Source: Gnetum montanum
Taxonomy: Eukaryota > Plantae > Gnetophyta
DNA length: 64,000 bases
Reading direction: 5' to 3'
Assembly: GCA_015680685.1 (NCBI GenBank)
Contig: MNCI01002748.1
Span: forward strand, 129,854-193,853
In this document: piece by piece, positions 24,401-39,115 of the stretch
Numbering within the stretch: position 1 is the stretch's first letter
Layout of the letters: every line of letters starts with the position of its first letter
The notes under the pieces: model-generated
Seen by the model: only the letters and a program-made list of their open reading frames with translations
Database searches by the model: none
Told to the model about the DNA's origin: nothing
Program-made: the position numbers and the translations under genes

Positions 24401-25499
24401 CATAAGAAATTGATTAAACACCACATCCTGATCATACACATACAATTCATAATAACTCAAGTAATTAGAAGAACATTATAATTCAAAACAACTAAAATAG
24501 ATGAAAAAAACTTAGCCAAGCATAAAGTAAGCTATGAAATGTTGTATGCTTATATATTAAGAATGTAAAGAAATCATCTTCACTATTTTCTAACAAAACA
24601 ACATATACATAATCATATCATCTTTTTGAAAAAACAACATATAACAACACATTCATAATCATATCATCTTTTTGACAAAACAACACATACATAATCACAT
24701 CATCATACATTAATTCTCCATATTTTTATTTAAAAAGAAGCTTCCTTTGTCATTAAACAAATTAAGATCAAAACACAAAGATAAACATAGGTGATAAAAA
24801 CAAACAAGAGATACACATAAGAGCTTAACTAAAAAAACGTGCTGATCTTGTTGATTAGTGAGTTGTCAAGCTTAAGACATGAATTGAATAATGAGAGAAC
24901 AAATAGACATAGGAAAAAAGAATATAAAAGGCATAGAATAGATGAGAGAGCTAAGTAGCAACTTAGAAAGAATTATTGCTATGAATATTGATAAGAACAT
25001 TTGGATGAATCAAGAGGATTTTAGAGAGCTTGGGGAAGAGCTGAGAAAAGTAGAGGTGGAGAGGGATCAAGCATTTGTGAACATTCAATCTAGAATATAG
25101 TATGAAAGAAACAAAGAAGAGTGGAAAGCCCAAAACAAATTTAGTAAGAAGGTGAAAAGGATTATGATGCAAAAACAATAGGAATGCATAGAGCATGAGA
25201 GATAGAGACCTTTGGCATCCCAAACACTTAAAGAAAGAAGAAGCTATACAGAGTAAGACATTTAGACTGTGTACTTCATCCATGAGCTAAAAATAAAGTT
25301 ATTCTCTTATCATGATCCCTATGAGGGAATGTGTGAATCCATAGGATATGGCTATGAGGACTCAACAAACTTAGCATGGGCTTCTAGTTCTTCTGTTACA
25401 TCTTGAAAGTTTCGTACTTTCCTACAATATTAGCTTACCTACTCTTCCTGAAATAAAGCTCATTAGCTTATAATAAATCCCTAAACTAGTATTAGGAGT

Positions 25500-28400
25500 T
25501 TTAAAAGCTTATGTATGTCTGGGTAAAGTAGTTACATCCAACAATGTTCTTCAATATAGAAATATTTCTTTATTTAAAGCCTTTGTAAAAATGTTTGCAC
25601 TCTGTCCTTTGAATGATCTATATAATAATTTTACTATTTGCAACTCTACTTGATCTATGAGAAAATGATATTTATTCTAAATATGTTTAGTTTTACCATG
25701 AAAAATCAGAGTTTTAGAGATAAAAATAGCAGCACTATTATCACAATGAATAATTATTGGATTAAAGAATGTATACTGAAAAGCTTTAATACTTCCCTCA
25801 TCTAAAGAATCTATGTCTAGTAGTGTAAGGATGCAACATATTCTACTTTAGCTAAAGATAATGCCACAAAGTCCTACTTTTTACTTAGTCATGATACCAG
25901 TCTATTACCAAGAAAATGATAGTTTCCATTGGTATAATTTCAATCATCTTTATTTCTTACCCAATTTGCATATGTAAATGCTTGTAATTCAAAACTTCTA
26001 TTTTTTTGGATATCATAGCCCATGACTAGTTGTGCCTTTTTGATATCGTAAAATTCTTTTAGCTATAGTCAAGTTTGATTCTTTTAGTTCTAATTGATAT
26101 CTAGATATTAGGCCTACTACAAAAGCTATATCTTGCTTGCTAACTATAGCATAATGCAAGATTTCCAAGATAGATCTATGTAGTATGACATCAATGTTTT
26201 TTTCATCTTCATCCTTATAGAGGTGCACATTTATGGTAAGAGGAGTTTTACAAGTTTTAGTGTCTATCATGTCGAAATTCTTGAGCATTTGTTGAATATA
26301 TTTTGTCTGAAAAATAAAGGTTCCATCCCTAAGTTATTGAATATGTAGACCCAAAAAATGGGATAGCTCCTCTATCATAGACATTTTAAACTTTGATTTT
26401 ATAGCTTTAGCAAATTATTTACCTAAACTTGAGTTTGTTCCTCCAAAAATTATGTCATCAACATAAATTTGAGCAACTAAAAACCTTGTATTATCCTTTT
26501 TAATATAAAGGGTACTATCCATAGGAGCTTTCAAATATCGATTTCCAACTAAATATGAATCAAGCTTAGCATACCGCATCCTAGGGGCTTGTTTTAAGCC
26601 ATATAAAGCTTTGTGTAGTTGATACATGTGATTTGGCATTTCAATGTCAATAAATCCTTCTAGTTGTTTTATATACATTATCTCTTTTATTTCTCCATTT
26701 AGAAATGATGGTTTCACATCCATTTGGTAGAGGTTAAATCCTTAATAAGATGCAAAAGCTAAGAGCATTCTAATAGATTCCAATCTTGTAATAGGAGAAA
26801 ATGTATCTTGATAATCAAGTCCCTCTATCTAAGCAAAGCCTTTTGCTACTAATCTTGCCTTATTTTAGGTTACTCCACCATGCTCACTCAGCTTGTTTGT
26901 AAAGACCCACTTAGTTTCAATGATATTAGCTTCTTTGGGTTGTGGGACTACCTCCCATGTATCATTCTTTATAATTTGCTTTATCTCTTCATCCATGGCA
27001 TTCTTTCATTTCTCACTTCCAAGAGCTTTCCTAATTCTTAGAAGAATGAAAAAAACAAGAAAACATACTAATAAGCCATGATCTATTGTTTCTACTCTAT
27101 TCCTCCTTTTCCTTTATCTAAGAGATGTCCTAAGGATAGCTACCATGGATCTAAACCTATGTGTTCTTCTCCTTAGGCCATCATCATTTTCTTCTTCATT
27201 TGCATTCATACATTTCTCACCTATATTATTAGAATCTTCCAATAAATCATCAACCTTAAGATGAGATGTTTTAACAATCATTAATGTTTTTAAATTTAAG
27301 CAATGATAAGCTTTTAAATAACTACAATATCCAATAAACAAACCATCTTCACAATGGCTATCAAGCTTGTGAACATCATCTTGATTCTTAATATAACACT
27401 TACTATCAAAAATTTTGAAATATTGAACATTAGTCATTTTATCATACAACATTTGATAAGGAGTCTTACCATTAGCAAATCTTACCAAATATCTATTGAT
27501 GATATACATAGTTGTTATGGCTATCTCATTCCATAGCTACTTTGGTACATTCTTCTCATTCATCATTGATCTAATCATCTTCATTATAGTTTTAATTTTT
27601 CATTCTACAACACCATTTTACTTGGGTGTTCTAGTTGATGAGAATTGTCTCTTGATACTTGAATCTTTGCATAGCTCATAAAATTCATTTGAGGTAAACT
27701 CACCTCCATTGTCAGTCCTAATAGCTTTGACTTTAAGCCCTTTTTAAATTTCAACCATACTTGTAAGTGTCTTAAAATGTTTAAATGCATTAAATTTTTT
27801 TTCAATACATGTTATCTATGAAATTCTATTATAATCATTAACAATAAGAAAGAAATATTTACTACCATTGAAACCAACTATATTGAAAGGCCCACAGACA
27901 TTCATATGTAGTAATTCAAGCTCATTATTATAATGAAATTCACTACCTTAAAGGTAGCTCTAGTTTGCTTACCATGTGGGCATGTAGAACATACCTCTTC
28001 CAGATGACTCACCAAAGGAATACCTTTAACGCTTTAAGCCTTGATGAAAGCTTGTACGTTTTTTGAGCTTAAGTATTCTAGTCTTTTGTGGCATAACCTA
28101 CTGTCGCTTATCTTAGAAATAACAATTAGACATTCAAGCTGCTCATTTATAGAATACAACTTATTTCATACTTGAGTAACATAAGCTTTAAAATCCTTTT
28201 CGTTATTCTCTAATATAAATTTTTCATTCATGAAGCAAACATTATAACCTTCTCTTGAAAATTATCATAAGCTTAAAAAATTATAATGTAAGTCATCAAA
28301 AAATAAATATTATAAACTTTAAAGAAAATAATTATGAATTTTAACTAAGTCAATACCTCTTATCATAGTTTTACCTTTGTCATCAAATCTTACTTTATCT

Positions 28401-29660
28401 CCATTAGAGGATTTTAGTATGATAAATTTTGATGTATCATCGGTCATATGTTGAGAGTACCCATTGTCATGAAACCATGTCTTTGGGCTACAGGGCTCTT
28501 AAATTCTAACTGTATGAAGAGAGCTCTTCTATTGATTATTCTTCAAACTTCTTGTTCTATTCTATTATTTATTGAAAAGTTATTAGTAGCATGGATATAA
28601 TGCATATTTTCATAATGAGAATAGTTACTGGTTCTACAATTTCTTACTTTATGACCTAGCATTCTACAATATCCTTGGAAAAAAACTAGTTGTCATTCTT
28701 GGGTCATATTTGATGATTGGAATTCTTGGAGTAGAAAAAGATCCCTTACCTATTTGTGAGCTAATAGTTTATGATTGTGGAGGTTGTGATTGGACATTTA
28801 TCTTCTAGGTTGATACTTTTATTAAGGATGGCCTTTTTAAGGATCCAGACTCATAGCCAAGATCCCTCTTTTCATTGCTTGATCATCCATTGTTGATAAT
28901 ATCCTTGAGTTGTTTTGAGCTATGAGTTAACCTGCTAAATAAATCAGATGTGACTTGAGTAGCCTTACCTTTCATGTCCTTCTTTAGAAACATCACCTTC
29001 TCTTTTAACTTTAAATTTTCTTGTTTGACTAATTCTTATAGCTCTTGAGTTCTTGCTCTCTCTTTTTTAAAAATCTTATTCAATTTTTCATTAACTTTTA
29101 CCACCATCTCCAGTTGCTCCATTAGCCCTTCTATATCGATGTCCTCAGTTTCTTTGTATTCGGTTTCAGCTATGTCTAATGTGTTTGGTCCATCTTCATC
29201 TTCACTTAAACTTGTAGTCTCAATAGTAGTAGAAGTTCCTTGCTCATTTGGGTTTATATACATAAGGTTTTGAAAATCATCATTTGAATCATAAGCTTTA
29301 ATTATGGCTGGAAATTATAATTAATCTTATGTAATAATATCAATATGATTAGGTATTATATCAACATAACCAAAGTGAGAAAAAGAATTTTCTTCAACAT
29401 CCTTGATTTCCATAATAATTCCTAAATGCTCTAATTGATTTTTTTTATTTCAGCTAGTTAAGCTTTTAATTTATCAAACCTATACTAAATGTTCTTTGGC
29501 TTGAATTTGGTTGCTTGATTTTTTTTATTTTCTTCATCTTTCTTCTTCTTTAAATACTTAGCAATCATATAATTTGTTTTACCATAATAATAACAAGAAT
29601 TTTTTTTATCTTCTCAAGATCCTTTATCTTTTTGAGCCTTCTAAGCTTTCTAGTAGGATT
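25500..29660 (-). pseudogene. pol: Decayed Copia gag-pol (zinc knuckles, PR, IN, RT, RNase H)
   Basis: PR WFHDNGYSQHMT (about 28440-28480); IN (ORFs 27605-27805, 27114-27509); [12 protein letters not shown]...[10 protein letters not shown]...IYVDDIIFG (26415-26723); AKRILRYQKGT; RNaseH ANIFTKAL (about 25580-25600). Confidence 0.9.
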
Positions 29661-29662
29661 AG

Positions 29663-32600
29663 TGATGAGCAACGAGTAGTCCATATGCCCAACCATATGA
29701 ATCACAAGCGTTCACTAGTGATCTAGTTGAATTTTGTGGACTGTAGTTCCCAAATGCCAAAAGCAAAGATAGTGATCTATAGGCGTGATCGTTGTCTTCC
29801 TGGCTACACTTGTGTAAGTGCAAGAATATGGTTAAGTGGTGGCAAGGCACATGATTTGTATTAATTTTATATTTTTATCTAATTATCCTAAGCATGAAAT
29901 AAAGTAATTAATGAAGCATTAATCTAAGTAACTAACTAATGTCTTAGCCTACTTCATAGCATAAGTATTTGATCCCACCTTCTGTACACATCCTGAACAT
30001 GTTACAACACTACTAGGTTACCAAGTGATAGTACTACTAGGATTACCAAGCGTAAACGTTATGCTCAAGGTGGTCATACTCATGTGTATTAATTAGATGT
30101 ATTTAATTAACTAGGAACATGAAAGTAAAGTGCATAAATAATAAATTGCATAAAAGTAAACATTAATCTACATTTCATTGTTGCAAGGTATATCAAGAAT
30201 CTCATCTTTATTACCATCACATCAATGTGTCTAGGTACATTGGTGCTCAAATAATGATTCGTACAATCCTTGACTCCTACTGTAGGCACTTAGAAAATAT
30301 TCTAACTGTTGTAGAAAGAAAATGCAAGAACTTCATTATGCTACTAACTTTTCGATGACATAAATGTAGTGGATACACACATTTATATATATAGGCTTAG
30401 ATGCCATTTATATCAAAGGTTGGATAACTTCATGTATTTAGTCATCTTCTTGATTTACAACTCCTTTAGGCAAATTTCAACTTTGTTGTAGGCATTTAGT
30501 TCATCAAAGATGGGTTACCACATGTCACCTCTATGTTGGAGTTGCTGGAGGACCTCATTCATTTTTTCCTTCATTAGTTGAATCTCTTTTTCATTTACCT
30601 CCTTGAGGAGCATAACTTGGTTCCTATAATGACTCTTTATTCGTTCAAATTTTAGGGCCTCATTCTTCCAGGCAACTACCTTAATTACTATTTTTTGGTG
30701 AAGGGCACAAACTTCATCCATTGAGAGATCATGACTTTTAGTAGCCAACCTCCTCAAATCCATGTTCACCTTGGCAAGTTACTTCTACTATTGTTGTATA
30801 AATTCCACCATTTAGCCTTTTTGTATCTCAACATTCTGCAAGCAGTCAATATCCTTAGTCAAAGCTAGATTCTCCTTGCAGACTTTTGACAAGTCCTTAT
30901 TAGTGTTGTAGACCATGGCCTCCACTAAGAGCTAGTTAAAGAATGTCATCTCCTTTACATTCTTAGCCTCTTGAAGTCTATTTTGATGTTGTTAGAAAGC
31001 TTCATCTCTTCTTACTACTTGGCTAAGAATGATAGGATCAACTAATTGGGCTCTCAATTTTGCAACCTCAGTAGCCAACTATTAGTTTTTGGATGTGGCT
31101 ACCTCAAGTTAGGCATTGGCAATGATGAGCTTGCCCTTAGCCTCCAGTAGCTTTGACTAGGTAGCAGTGATGTTATTTAGGAGATCAAAGATCTTCAGAA
31201 GTGGTTGCTTGGTCTCCACCAGTTGATCTAGTACTTCCTCATGCTAGGTTGCACTTAGCCTCCCACTTGCTCTTGTAGATGTTTGCACATCTCTAAGTGT
31301 AGCAATATCTAGCACGATGGCCACAAGAGCATTCAGTGCCTGTACTATGCAATCAACCACCACCTTTGTTGTTGTTTCTCATCCATAGTGCTACATCACT
31401 AATATAGTTGCTCCTTTTCCCTCCTCCATGTGCACTAAAAAAGTGGTGGCATTCCTTGAGATCTCTAGGAATTGCTATTTTCCTAGGATGGACATCGTTA
31501 CCTCCTAGGTGCTTAGATTTGACCTTGCAAGTGTATGCATCCTTTATGCAGAGAAAAATGATGTAGTCTTATCCAAATAGCTTATTGTTTAAGTTACTTT
31601 ATTTAGATGGCTTAAAGTTGGTTGGTAGATTGAAGGTTTTACACCACTTGGTCCTACTTGCTACTACTACAGGAGTTGTTCATGGAGCTTCTACATGCAC
31701 TTTATGTAGCATGAGCCTTTAGCATTGTTCCTTGAGTTAGTGGTGGTGGTGGTTGATCCTCTTCTTATAGCTTGGTAGTTGCCTTATCCTTCATCATCTT
31801 CTATCAAGATGTGATAGGAGCATGAAAAAGCACATCATTGGCATAATATGATATGACTTTCCTTTTGCATAATTTAATGATGAGACATGGAACGGGGAGT
31901 GTCTTCCCCCATGCTTATTTTCTTTGAACCTTTTCTCAATCTCTAGGAATATGAGTTGTGGAGGTTAATTGGAAGTTACCACTTAGAGTGACACATGCAT
32001 GGTTAGATAAGGCTATGATTTTTCTCAGCCTCACCATTAGGTTTAGGTGATAAGATGCAATTTTGAAATATGCCTTTTTGCCTTGGTGAGTGCACTATAT
32101 TCCTTATGGTCGATTCCATAGCATTGTTAGATTCATTCTTTTATGATTTTTGGGTCTGTGTACATCGAAATCTCCACCCAAGTTACCCCAATGTTAGGCA
32201 ACCCGAGGACCTCTAAAATGGCCTTAACTAAATAGGACACACTAATGTACTTAATCTTGATTGTGACGTCTACTTGCCTATTGTTCTAGAAGAGGTATGT
32301 CTCTCCCATGTACCACTCCCCATTAGAAGTGAGGATAGGCCACATGGGAGAGGTTTGTAGTTGGGTTTTTACCTCTTTTGGTGCAAAGTCCAAGAAGGGA
32401 TCAAAGTTAAGTTCCTAAAAAACTAAGCCTTTGATCTCCTTAGTGCCAATTTATCTTAAGTAAGCCTTGGTCAAGGCGACCTCTAAATTTGGTCCAGGCC
32501 CAAGCATCTTGTCTTGCTATGATTAACTAGTTTCAACTATGGGAATATGGTGAATAGATTCCACTTTAGGCTCCTCCTAAAGAGGTCCTATTACATGAGT

Positions 32601-35600
32601 TTTAGCTACCTCTTCTTGGGGCTACTAGCCTTGTTCCTCTATTGGTCAGTTATCCCTTGGTTGGGATGGTCCTCCCTCCTATGATCTTTTAGATTTGAGT
32701 GCCATCTATAATCACAACATAACTAAGGATTAGCTTTTAATGTGTAACTTAGAACACTTTGATACCTTTTTTTGTTACTTAGCTAGACTTAGGAAAAGTT
32801 GTGATTATGGCAGATTCATCATTTTAATAGTATTTTATTATTATTTTATTGTGTTAGCTACCTAAGTTTCTTGATAAGGTTTAACTTTGATGAATTTGTG
32901 ATGTTTAATATTATTTTATTAGGTAAACCTTGTGGGAGTTAGAAAATTTTTGAAAATTTTTCTATTAAAAACCTATGATTTGTAGCCCCCACGACGTAAA
33001 GCTTACCTTTAGTAGTTGCAATATTGAAGAATGGAGTAATCTGGATAAGTGGTTAGAAAGATATATAGTATTCTTTGCTATGTTGATGGGGGTGTGTTGA
33101 TGCATCAGGGCATCAATGGGTATGTAGGTTTCAAATTTCATACATCTCTTGTGAAATCAAATTAACTCCAAAACTTGAGTCCAAAAGGGCTTTTCATGAT
33201 TCGTTTTTTTCAATTTGCAAATTATTAAGGGGACTCCTAGGATCATATCTCTTCTTGGGAAGATGACCAGTCTTAATCCTATCAGTGACTGCATGGGTTA
33301 ACATGATGGTGTGTAATTGGAAAGTGCTTTAGATTGAAGGAGGCTCAATGGATATTGCAGAGGAGGTAGAAGCAGGGTTCATAGCCATAGATATTTGTGA
33401 GGACTTTGTGAGACTCTTGATTCTAAAAAAGCATTTCTTATGAGGCCTTGATTCAAAACCACTAGACTAAGTAGTAGGCTGTATGTTTACAACCCTTGTA
33501 GTGTGTTTCTACTATGGTTGGGCTAGGATCTCACCTTGAATAGATGGAGCAGGTGAAAGAGGAGTTACAGGTGGAGGTGTAGGAGTGGAAGAGTGAGGAG
33601 GAGGAAAGTAACAAAATGGGAACTTCCCTCTTGGTGATGATGCTTTGTAATATTCAAGAGGATAGTAGTGGTCTTAGAAGGAAGTGTGACTAGAAGATTC
33701 ATGTAGAGAAATGAGCTGCTAAATGTAGTACCCATAAGAATCATGTTGGTGGTAATGGTACTACTACCTTGAAGGTATCATCCCCCATGATTGTGGATGT
33801 TTTCACTACTGATATTACTCATGAGATTGCAGCGGTACTCCACTTGGATAGTAAGTTTGGTGGTGGAACTACTGCTGATAGTTGCCTGGTGGATAAGGCA
33901 TCCTCTTGGGTGCTTGTCACTTGGCCAATTTGGGATTTAAAGAATACACCTTAGGTCCTTGCAAGTGTGATAGAATAGGAAAGCATCTCTTGGGATGTTC
34001 ATATTGGCATATGTCACACCCATCATCATCTGACTTGGAATCTAAAACCTCCTTAACTTCTATAGGCTTGTCCTTAGTCTTATAATGGTTAGGTTCAACC
34101 TTCTTTTTTCTTTCTTCTTTCACAACAACTACCTCCTTGATCTCTAATCTTGTTTGTAATTTTAGAGCAGTTTGAAATTTTTAATCTAAGAAGTTCCACA
34201 TTTTATCCACCTTAGTCGATGTTTTAGAGATATATTTTTTGTATTAGCAAGGTCTTCCTTTTCACCACTTCATCAAGTGGTGCCTACTTCTCATTATCAC
34301 AGAAATGAACCTCCCTCTTATAGAGAGAGAGGTTCCTTTTGTACTCCTTTACATTTTTACATTTTTCAAATCATCCTCTTCCTTAGCAATCTTCTTAATA
34401 AGCCTTTGGATTTGATGGGCCCTTAGCTCCAATAGTTTTCCTTGGGCATAGACCCCAAGAGTTCTCCTTGTTTCAATTTGAAGACCATCTATGATGTGAT
34501 GTAACTAATCCCTTTGAGAATAGCCATGGCCTAGGCATTAATGCAATAATGGGTAGTACCTATCCATGGCCTAATCCAAGTATACATGAGTGCCTTGTTT
34601 CCATCCTTGGATTTTCCCTCACAAGTTGGACACTCTAGAGTACATTTGATACTTGTCATTGAATAGTTCAAGCATCATACTCCATCTCCGAATAGATTCC
34701 GATTCCAAGGACTAATACCAACTTTTAGCTTCTTTGATGAGTGTTCGCAGGAATATTTTTAACTTTTGCAAGTAATTTTCTATATTCTGCAAGGCACATG
34801 CATCATGAAAGGCTTGCAAATAATTTTGTGGACTTGAATTATATCCCCCTTCAAACTTAGGGATATTATTCATATTCAACCTTTGATTTGGCTATCCTTC
34901 ACATGCCTAGTTTGTATCCTTGCAACCTCTACAATGTTTAGCATATTTCTAGTTACCAGCAGGGGCTTATCATAGTCATAGTGATCTTGGTGATCCTTGT
35001 CATGGTCATGATGCCTATGATGAGTCTTGTTATCCCTCCTTTCTTTGTTCTAATCATCCCCCCACTACTTATACCCATAATTCCTATCATTATAGTGGGA
35101 TCTGTGATCATCCTTATCTCATCATTCACCTCCATCATGGTTTTTATCACCTCTGTGATTTCAATTAGAGTTGGAGGAGGAAGATGATGAGGATGAAAAA
35201 GGCAAAGAGACAGGAGAGCTAGCACTAGAGTACTATGTACTACTTTATTTTCTTTGATCCCTACCCCAATCACCATCTTTGTCTTTTTCATGGGGCTTAT
35301 CCTTGTTCGTACGTTGGATACCCCCTTTCGAGGTTCCCTGATCTTGGGATCCACTCTTTCTAGAATTAAGGTTTTCACAGTGGACTGCAAATGCTAGTTA
35401 AGAGTCTCCTCATCAAAGAAAGGAGGAAAATCAATGTATTGAGAGGTCCCTAAAAAGAAGTCCTCACCTCCTTTGTGTGTTTGTAAGAACAAGTGCGTAG
35501 GACCTCATTTTCCTTTTATGGCCTCATATTAGGCTTCCATTTGCCAATCTTTCTTTTTGTGTGCTTTTGTGGAATGATAATCTTGATAAGCATAATGTTG

Positions 35601-36440
35601 CACTTTGTAATTTGAATTAAGTCTTGCAATGCCAAGTCTGATAAGATTGTTCAACAACATTGTACGAACAAATTAGTTGGGAGGCAACATGATGTTGCCT
35701 TCCATGTTCCTCGACCATAGTGGTTCATCCTGGTGTAGGATGAAGGTGAAGTTTAGAGTGTAGGCATCCAGATGAGTGTAGACCATCTTAAATTGTTTGG
35801 GAATTGGGATCCTATGGCCTTCTTATCATTGCTGATTGGAATTTCCCACGAACAGTGGCAAAGAGTCTTCTCTATGAGAAGAAGCCATATGAATGACTTA
35901 GAAAAGTAGTGTGTTTTTATTATTTTCTTTATTTTTAATGATGTTAACATTAAGTTCCTTTTACAATGTCTATGAATGATTTCACTATCTCTTTTAGGTT
36001 GCATACTTAGTTAACTAAAGTCTTTAGAAGTGGTGCCAATGATGAGTAACGAGTAGTTCCTACATGAACCATAAAAATCACAAACATTCACTAGCGATCT
36101 AGTCAAATTCTGTGGACTTTAGTTCCCCAAATGTCAAAAGCAAAGATAGTGATATATAGGCATGATCGTAATCTTCCTAGCTACACTTGTGTAAGTGTAA
36201 GCATATGGTTAAGTGGAGCCAAGGCACATGATTTATATTAATTTTATATTTTTATCTAATTATCCTAAGTGTGGAACAAATTAATTAATGAAGCATTAAT
36301 ATAAGTGACCAACTAATGCTTTAGCCTACTTCCTAGCATAAGTATTTAGTCCCACCTTCCATACACATCTTGAACATGTTACAATGGTACTAGGTTACCA
36401 AGTGATAGCATTATTGGGATTACCAAGTGTTAATGTTACC
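29663..36440 (-). mobile_element. Athila-like pol-less element (copy B) nested in the Copia gag
   Basis: LTR ends CATCA at 36040 and 29663 (minus strand) with matching LTR sequence; PBS TGGCACCA.. at 36038-36021; gag at about 35850-33100; extra ORF at 32705-30400; outer (U3) parts of both LTRs deleted. Confidence 0.85.
30400..32705 (-). pseudogene. Extra (env-like position) ORF of the Athila-like family, 3'-truncated
   Basis: Starts TTATAG|ATGGCACTCAAA; homologous by eye to 47382-55313; coiled-coil-like C-terminal fragment (ORF 30515-30769). Confidence 0.65.
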
Positions 36441-38601
36441 AAGATGAATTAGGGCCTTATAAAATTCTGGTTAAATAGAGATTGTTAGAAATACTAGTAA
36501 AAGGTCCTAAAGAAACTTAATGTAGAAAATATAAAACCTAAGCCAAAAAACAATAAATAGACATTGAGCTTTTAAGGTGATTCAACTACTAGATTGGTTA
36601 GCCTACCTCTAACATAAAACTCTTCCTAGATCTTAGGGCATAGAGTAATCTATGAATCAAAGAAAATTACAAGGCTTCCTTTATAATCTTGATCTAAGCA
36701 CAACCACTAGGCTGAAAGTCATAGAAGTTCTCTTTCATAGAACAGAGAAAGGAAAATACTATGTCTTGTTTCAACATAGAGACTTAAGAGTTAACAAGCT
36801 TTCTGAGAAAAAGAAAATAGAGCTTTTACAAAGAAGAGATAGAGAGAGATATAAAGAAGAAGAGAAGAAGTACAAAAGAAGAAATTATAGTTCAAGTATA
36901 AGGCCAAAACTAGAATAAAAAAGCTAAGCTAGAGAGCTTTAAGTTATAGCCAATATTCATTTTAGCCATTTTTAGTCATTCTTCAACCCATTGCTAATAA
37001 GTTGGAGAAGTGTGAGAAGTGGTAAGCTATAATTGTTACCACTCTGTTGGGGAGAGTCGTGGAAGAAGAAGAAGTTGTATTCATTACACCTTAGCTTTCA
37101 TTACTACATTGGTATGAGCTTGAGGTGAGCATTAAAGCAAAGGAGGAGAAAATCTATCATTTCATTTTTGGTGCTAACAGTTCCTTCACTTCCTGTGGAA
37201 ATGACAAGCTCTACTTATATTAGAGATAGCAACTCTTTAAGCTTCAACTAACAAGTTCTCTCTTTTCATTAATGATGTTCAGCTTGCTTTCATAGTAGTA
37301 CAGACTCTAGCTTTTTTGTAATAGTACCTTATAATGCCCATTTTTTCAACTAATGTGGCATTATTATTTTTTGATGTAGCTCATATAGACTTAAAATCTA
37401 GTTCTTAATTCATTCTAACTTTAAGAAAGTTATTAAAGACAACTTATATTCTTCACTATGAACATTTCTTCTACTTAGGTTGACATGGCAATGAGAAAAT
37501 ATGAAGCTTTTTCATTCTTATGATTTTTTTGCTTTTTTTTTTTAAAAATAGGGTTTATTTTATGTGCGATACAAGAGCTAACATGGTAGAGCTATTTTGG
37601 AAGGGCTTTGTAGAACCAAAAATTAGTTCTAAATATTGGTTCTACAAGTTGATGTGGTAAGGCACTTAATAGAATTGAAAATTGGTTTTAAATATTTTCT
37701 GATAAAAGATGAGCTTTTCATCCAACCTTACGTGTGTGGAGAATAATGTTGACATGGTATAGTTATTTTTATGAAGGTTTAATAAAATCAAGAACTGGTT
37801 GTAGAGTTGATTCTAAATAAGAGCTTATTTGCAAAGCTAACATGGTAGCATTGGTTGAACAAAAAATGGCCCTACAAGCTAGTTTTTTTTAGCATTTTTC
37901 TTCTTGGCTAACATGGAAGAGATATTTCTTGCTTCTTTGTAGAATTGAAATATGGTTCTGTGATTTGGTTGTACATGCTAAGCTAGATTAAAAATTCTAT
38001 TATGCACATGTTTTAAAAACTATTTAAGTTTGGTTCCACTATGTCTTGTTTAACAAGACATGCAACCAAGCTAAAAACATGCAACATTAATATCCTCAAG
38101 CCAAGGATGATGAATTTTATAGATTTTATCAAGGAAGTTGATCTATGATAGAGTACGATGGTAGTTTTTTTTTCTTTTTTAAATCTTAGTAGCTATGCTT
38201 TCATAATGCAAACTAATGTCCAAGCTAAGGTAAATAGTTTTATTAAGGGAATCATGCTATCTTTGAAATATCATATCTTATCTCTTCATCTTCCATCCTA
38301 TGATAAGAGATGAGTTATTATCATGAATCCAACTAGAGGATGTAGCGAGATGTAATAGAATATAAGGGTAGAAGAAAGAATAAGCATCTAGATGGAGGCA
38401 TAATCATTCTAAGAATACATGTGAACATGATAGTGATGAATTGTTGCAATAAACCAACAATCACATTCCTCTTGATGGATACAAAGTAAATATGAGGTAT
38501 TGTAGGTGTGTGTAGTTGGGATATATCTAGAACAACTATTAGAACTACTTTATGAATAGCTAGGATTGCAAGCCAGTGATTGCTTAAAGTAGATAGGTAG
38601 T

Positions 38602-39115
38602 TATCACATCCTCATTATTGAATGATGTTGCTACATAACAAAGATGGTATCTTTTTGTAACTAACTTTTTGATTTGCAATAAGACTTGAAAGGGGTAGTT
38701 GTAATTAAGATTTGAAAGGACACATTGTAACAATGTCTCTCAAGACAACCTTTTTTGTCTTTGACCTAAGGTATTTATAGCTAGGAATTAGAGGTCACAT
38801 CAACATGAATTTGTGGAGTTAGTAAGGATGAGTAACAAGTGTTAAGTAAAGTGGGATAGGAAGAGGACTCACCATCCCTTTTGATTAGTTGTAGGCCTAA
38901 CCATGGTGGTAGTACTAGATAGCCTCTAAGGGATAGATGCCAAAGGAAGATAATCCTAAGGAATCCTTAGAGCATGACTCAGATACATTATTTCACATTA
39001 ATAAACCATTCTTTTCTTTTTTCTTGTATATTTTCCTTATTATTTTCTTTACACATAATGTCAAATGTAAGGTATATTTGACATTTACCACAACATCTAG
39101 GAATGGGATGTCATA
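38602..39115. mobile_element. Solo LTR (about 514 bp), Gypsy type
   Basis: Absent from copy A; inverted termini TATCACATCC...GGATGTCATA (decayed TG..CA); flanks GTAGT/ATATT are compatible with a decayed ATAGT TSD. Confidence 0.6.

Larger units (their letters stand above)
22578..38060 (-). mobile_element. Ty1/Copia element, Sirevirus-like, interrupted by an Athila-like insertion; LTR copies at about 22578-24590 and 36445-38060 (truncated)
   Basis: About 1.2-kb direct similarity between 22615-23850 and 36445-38050; GGGGGTGAAT LTR-end motif; Copia domain order; two gag zinc knuckles; about 1 kb of extra sequence between pol and the 3' LTR. Confidence 0.8.

Noticed and set aside
24780-25480. Possible Sirevirus env-like ORF between pol and the 3' LTR
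   Set aside because: Position is compatible, but the sequence is too decayed to show a supportable reading frame
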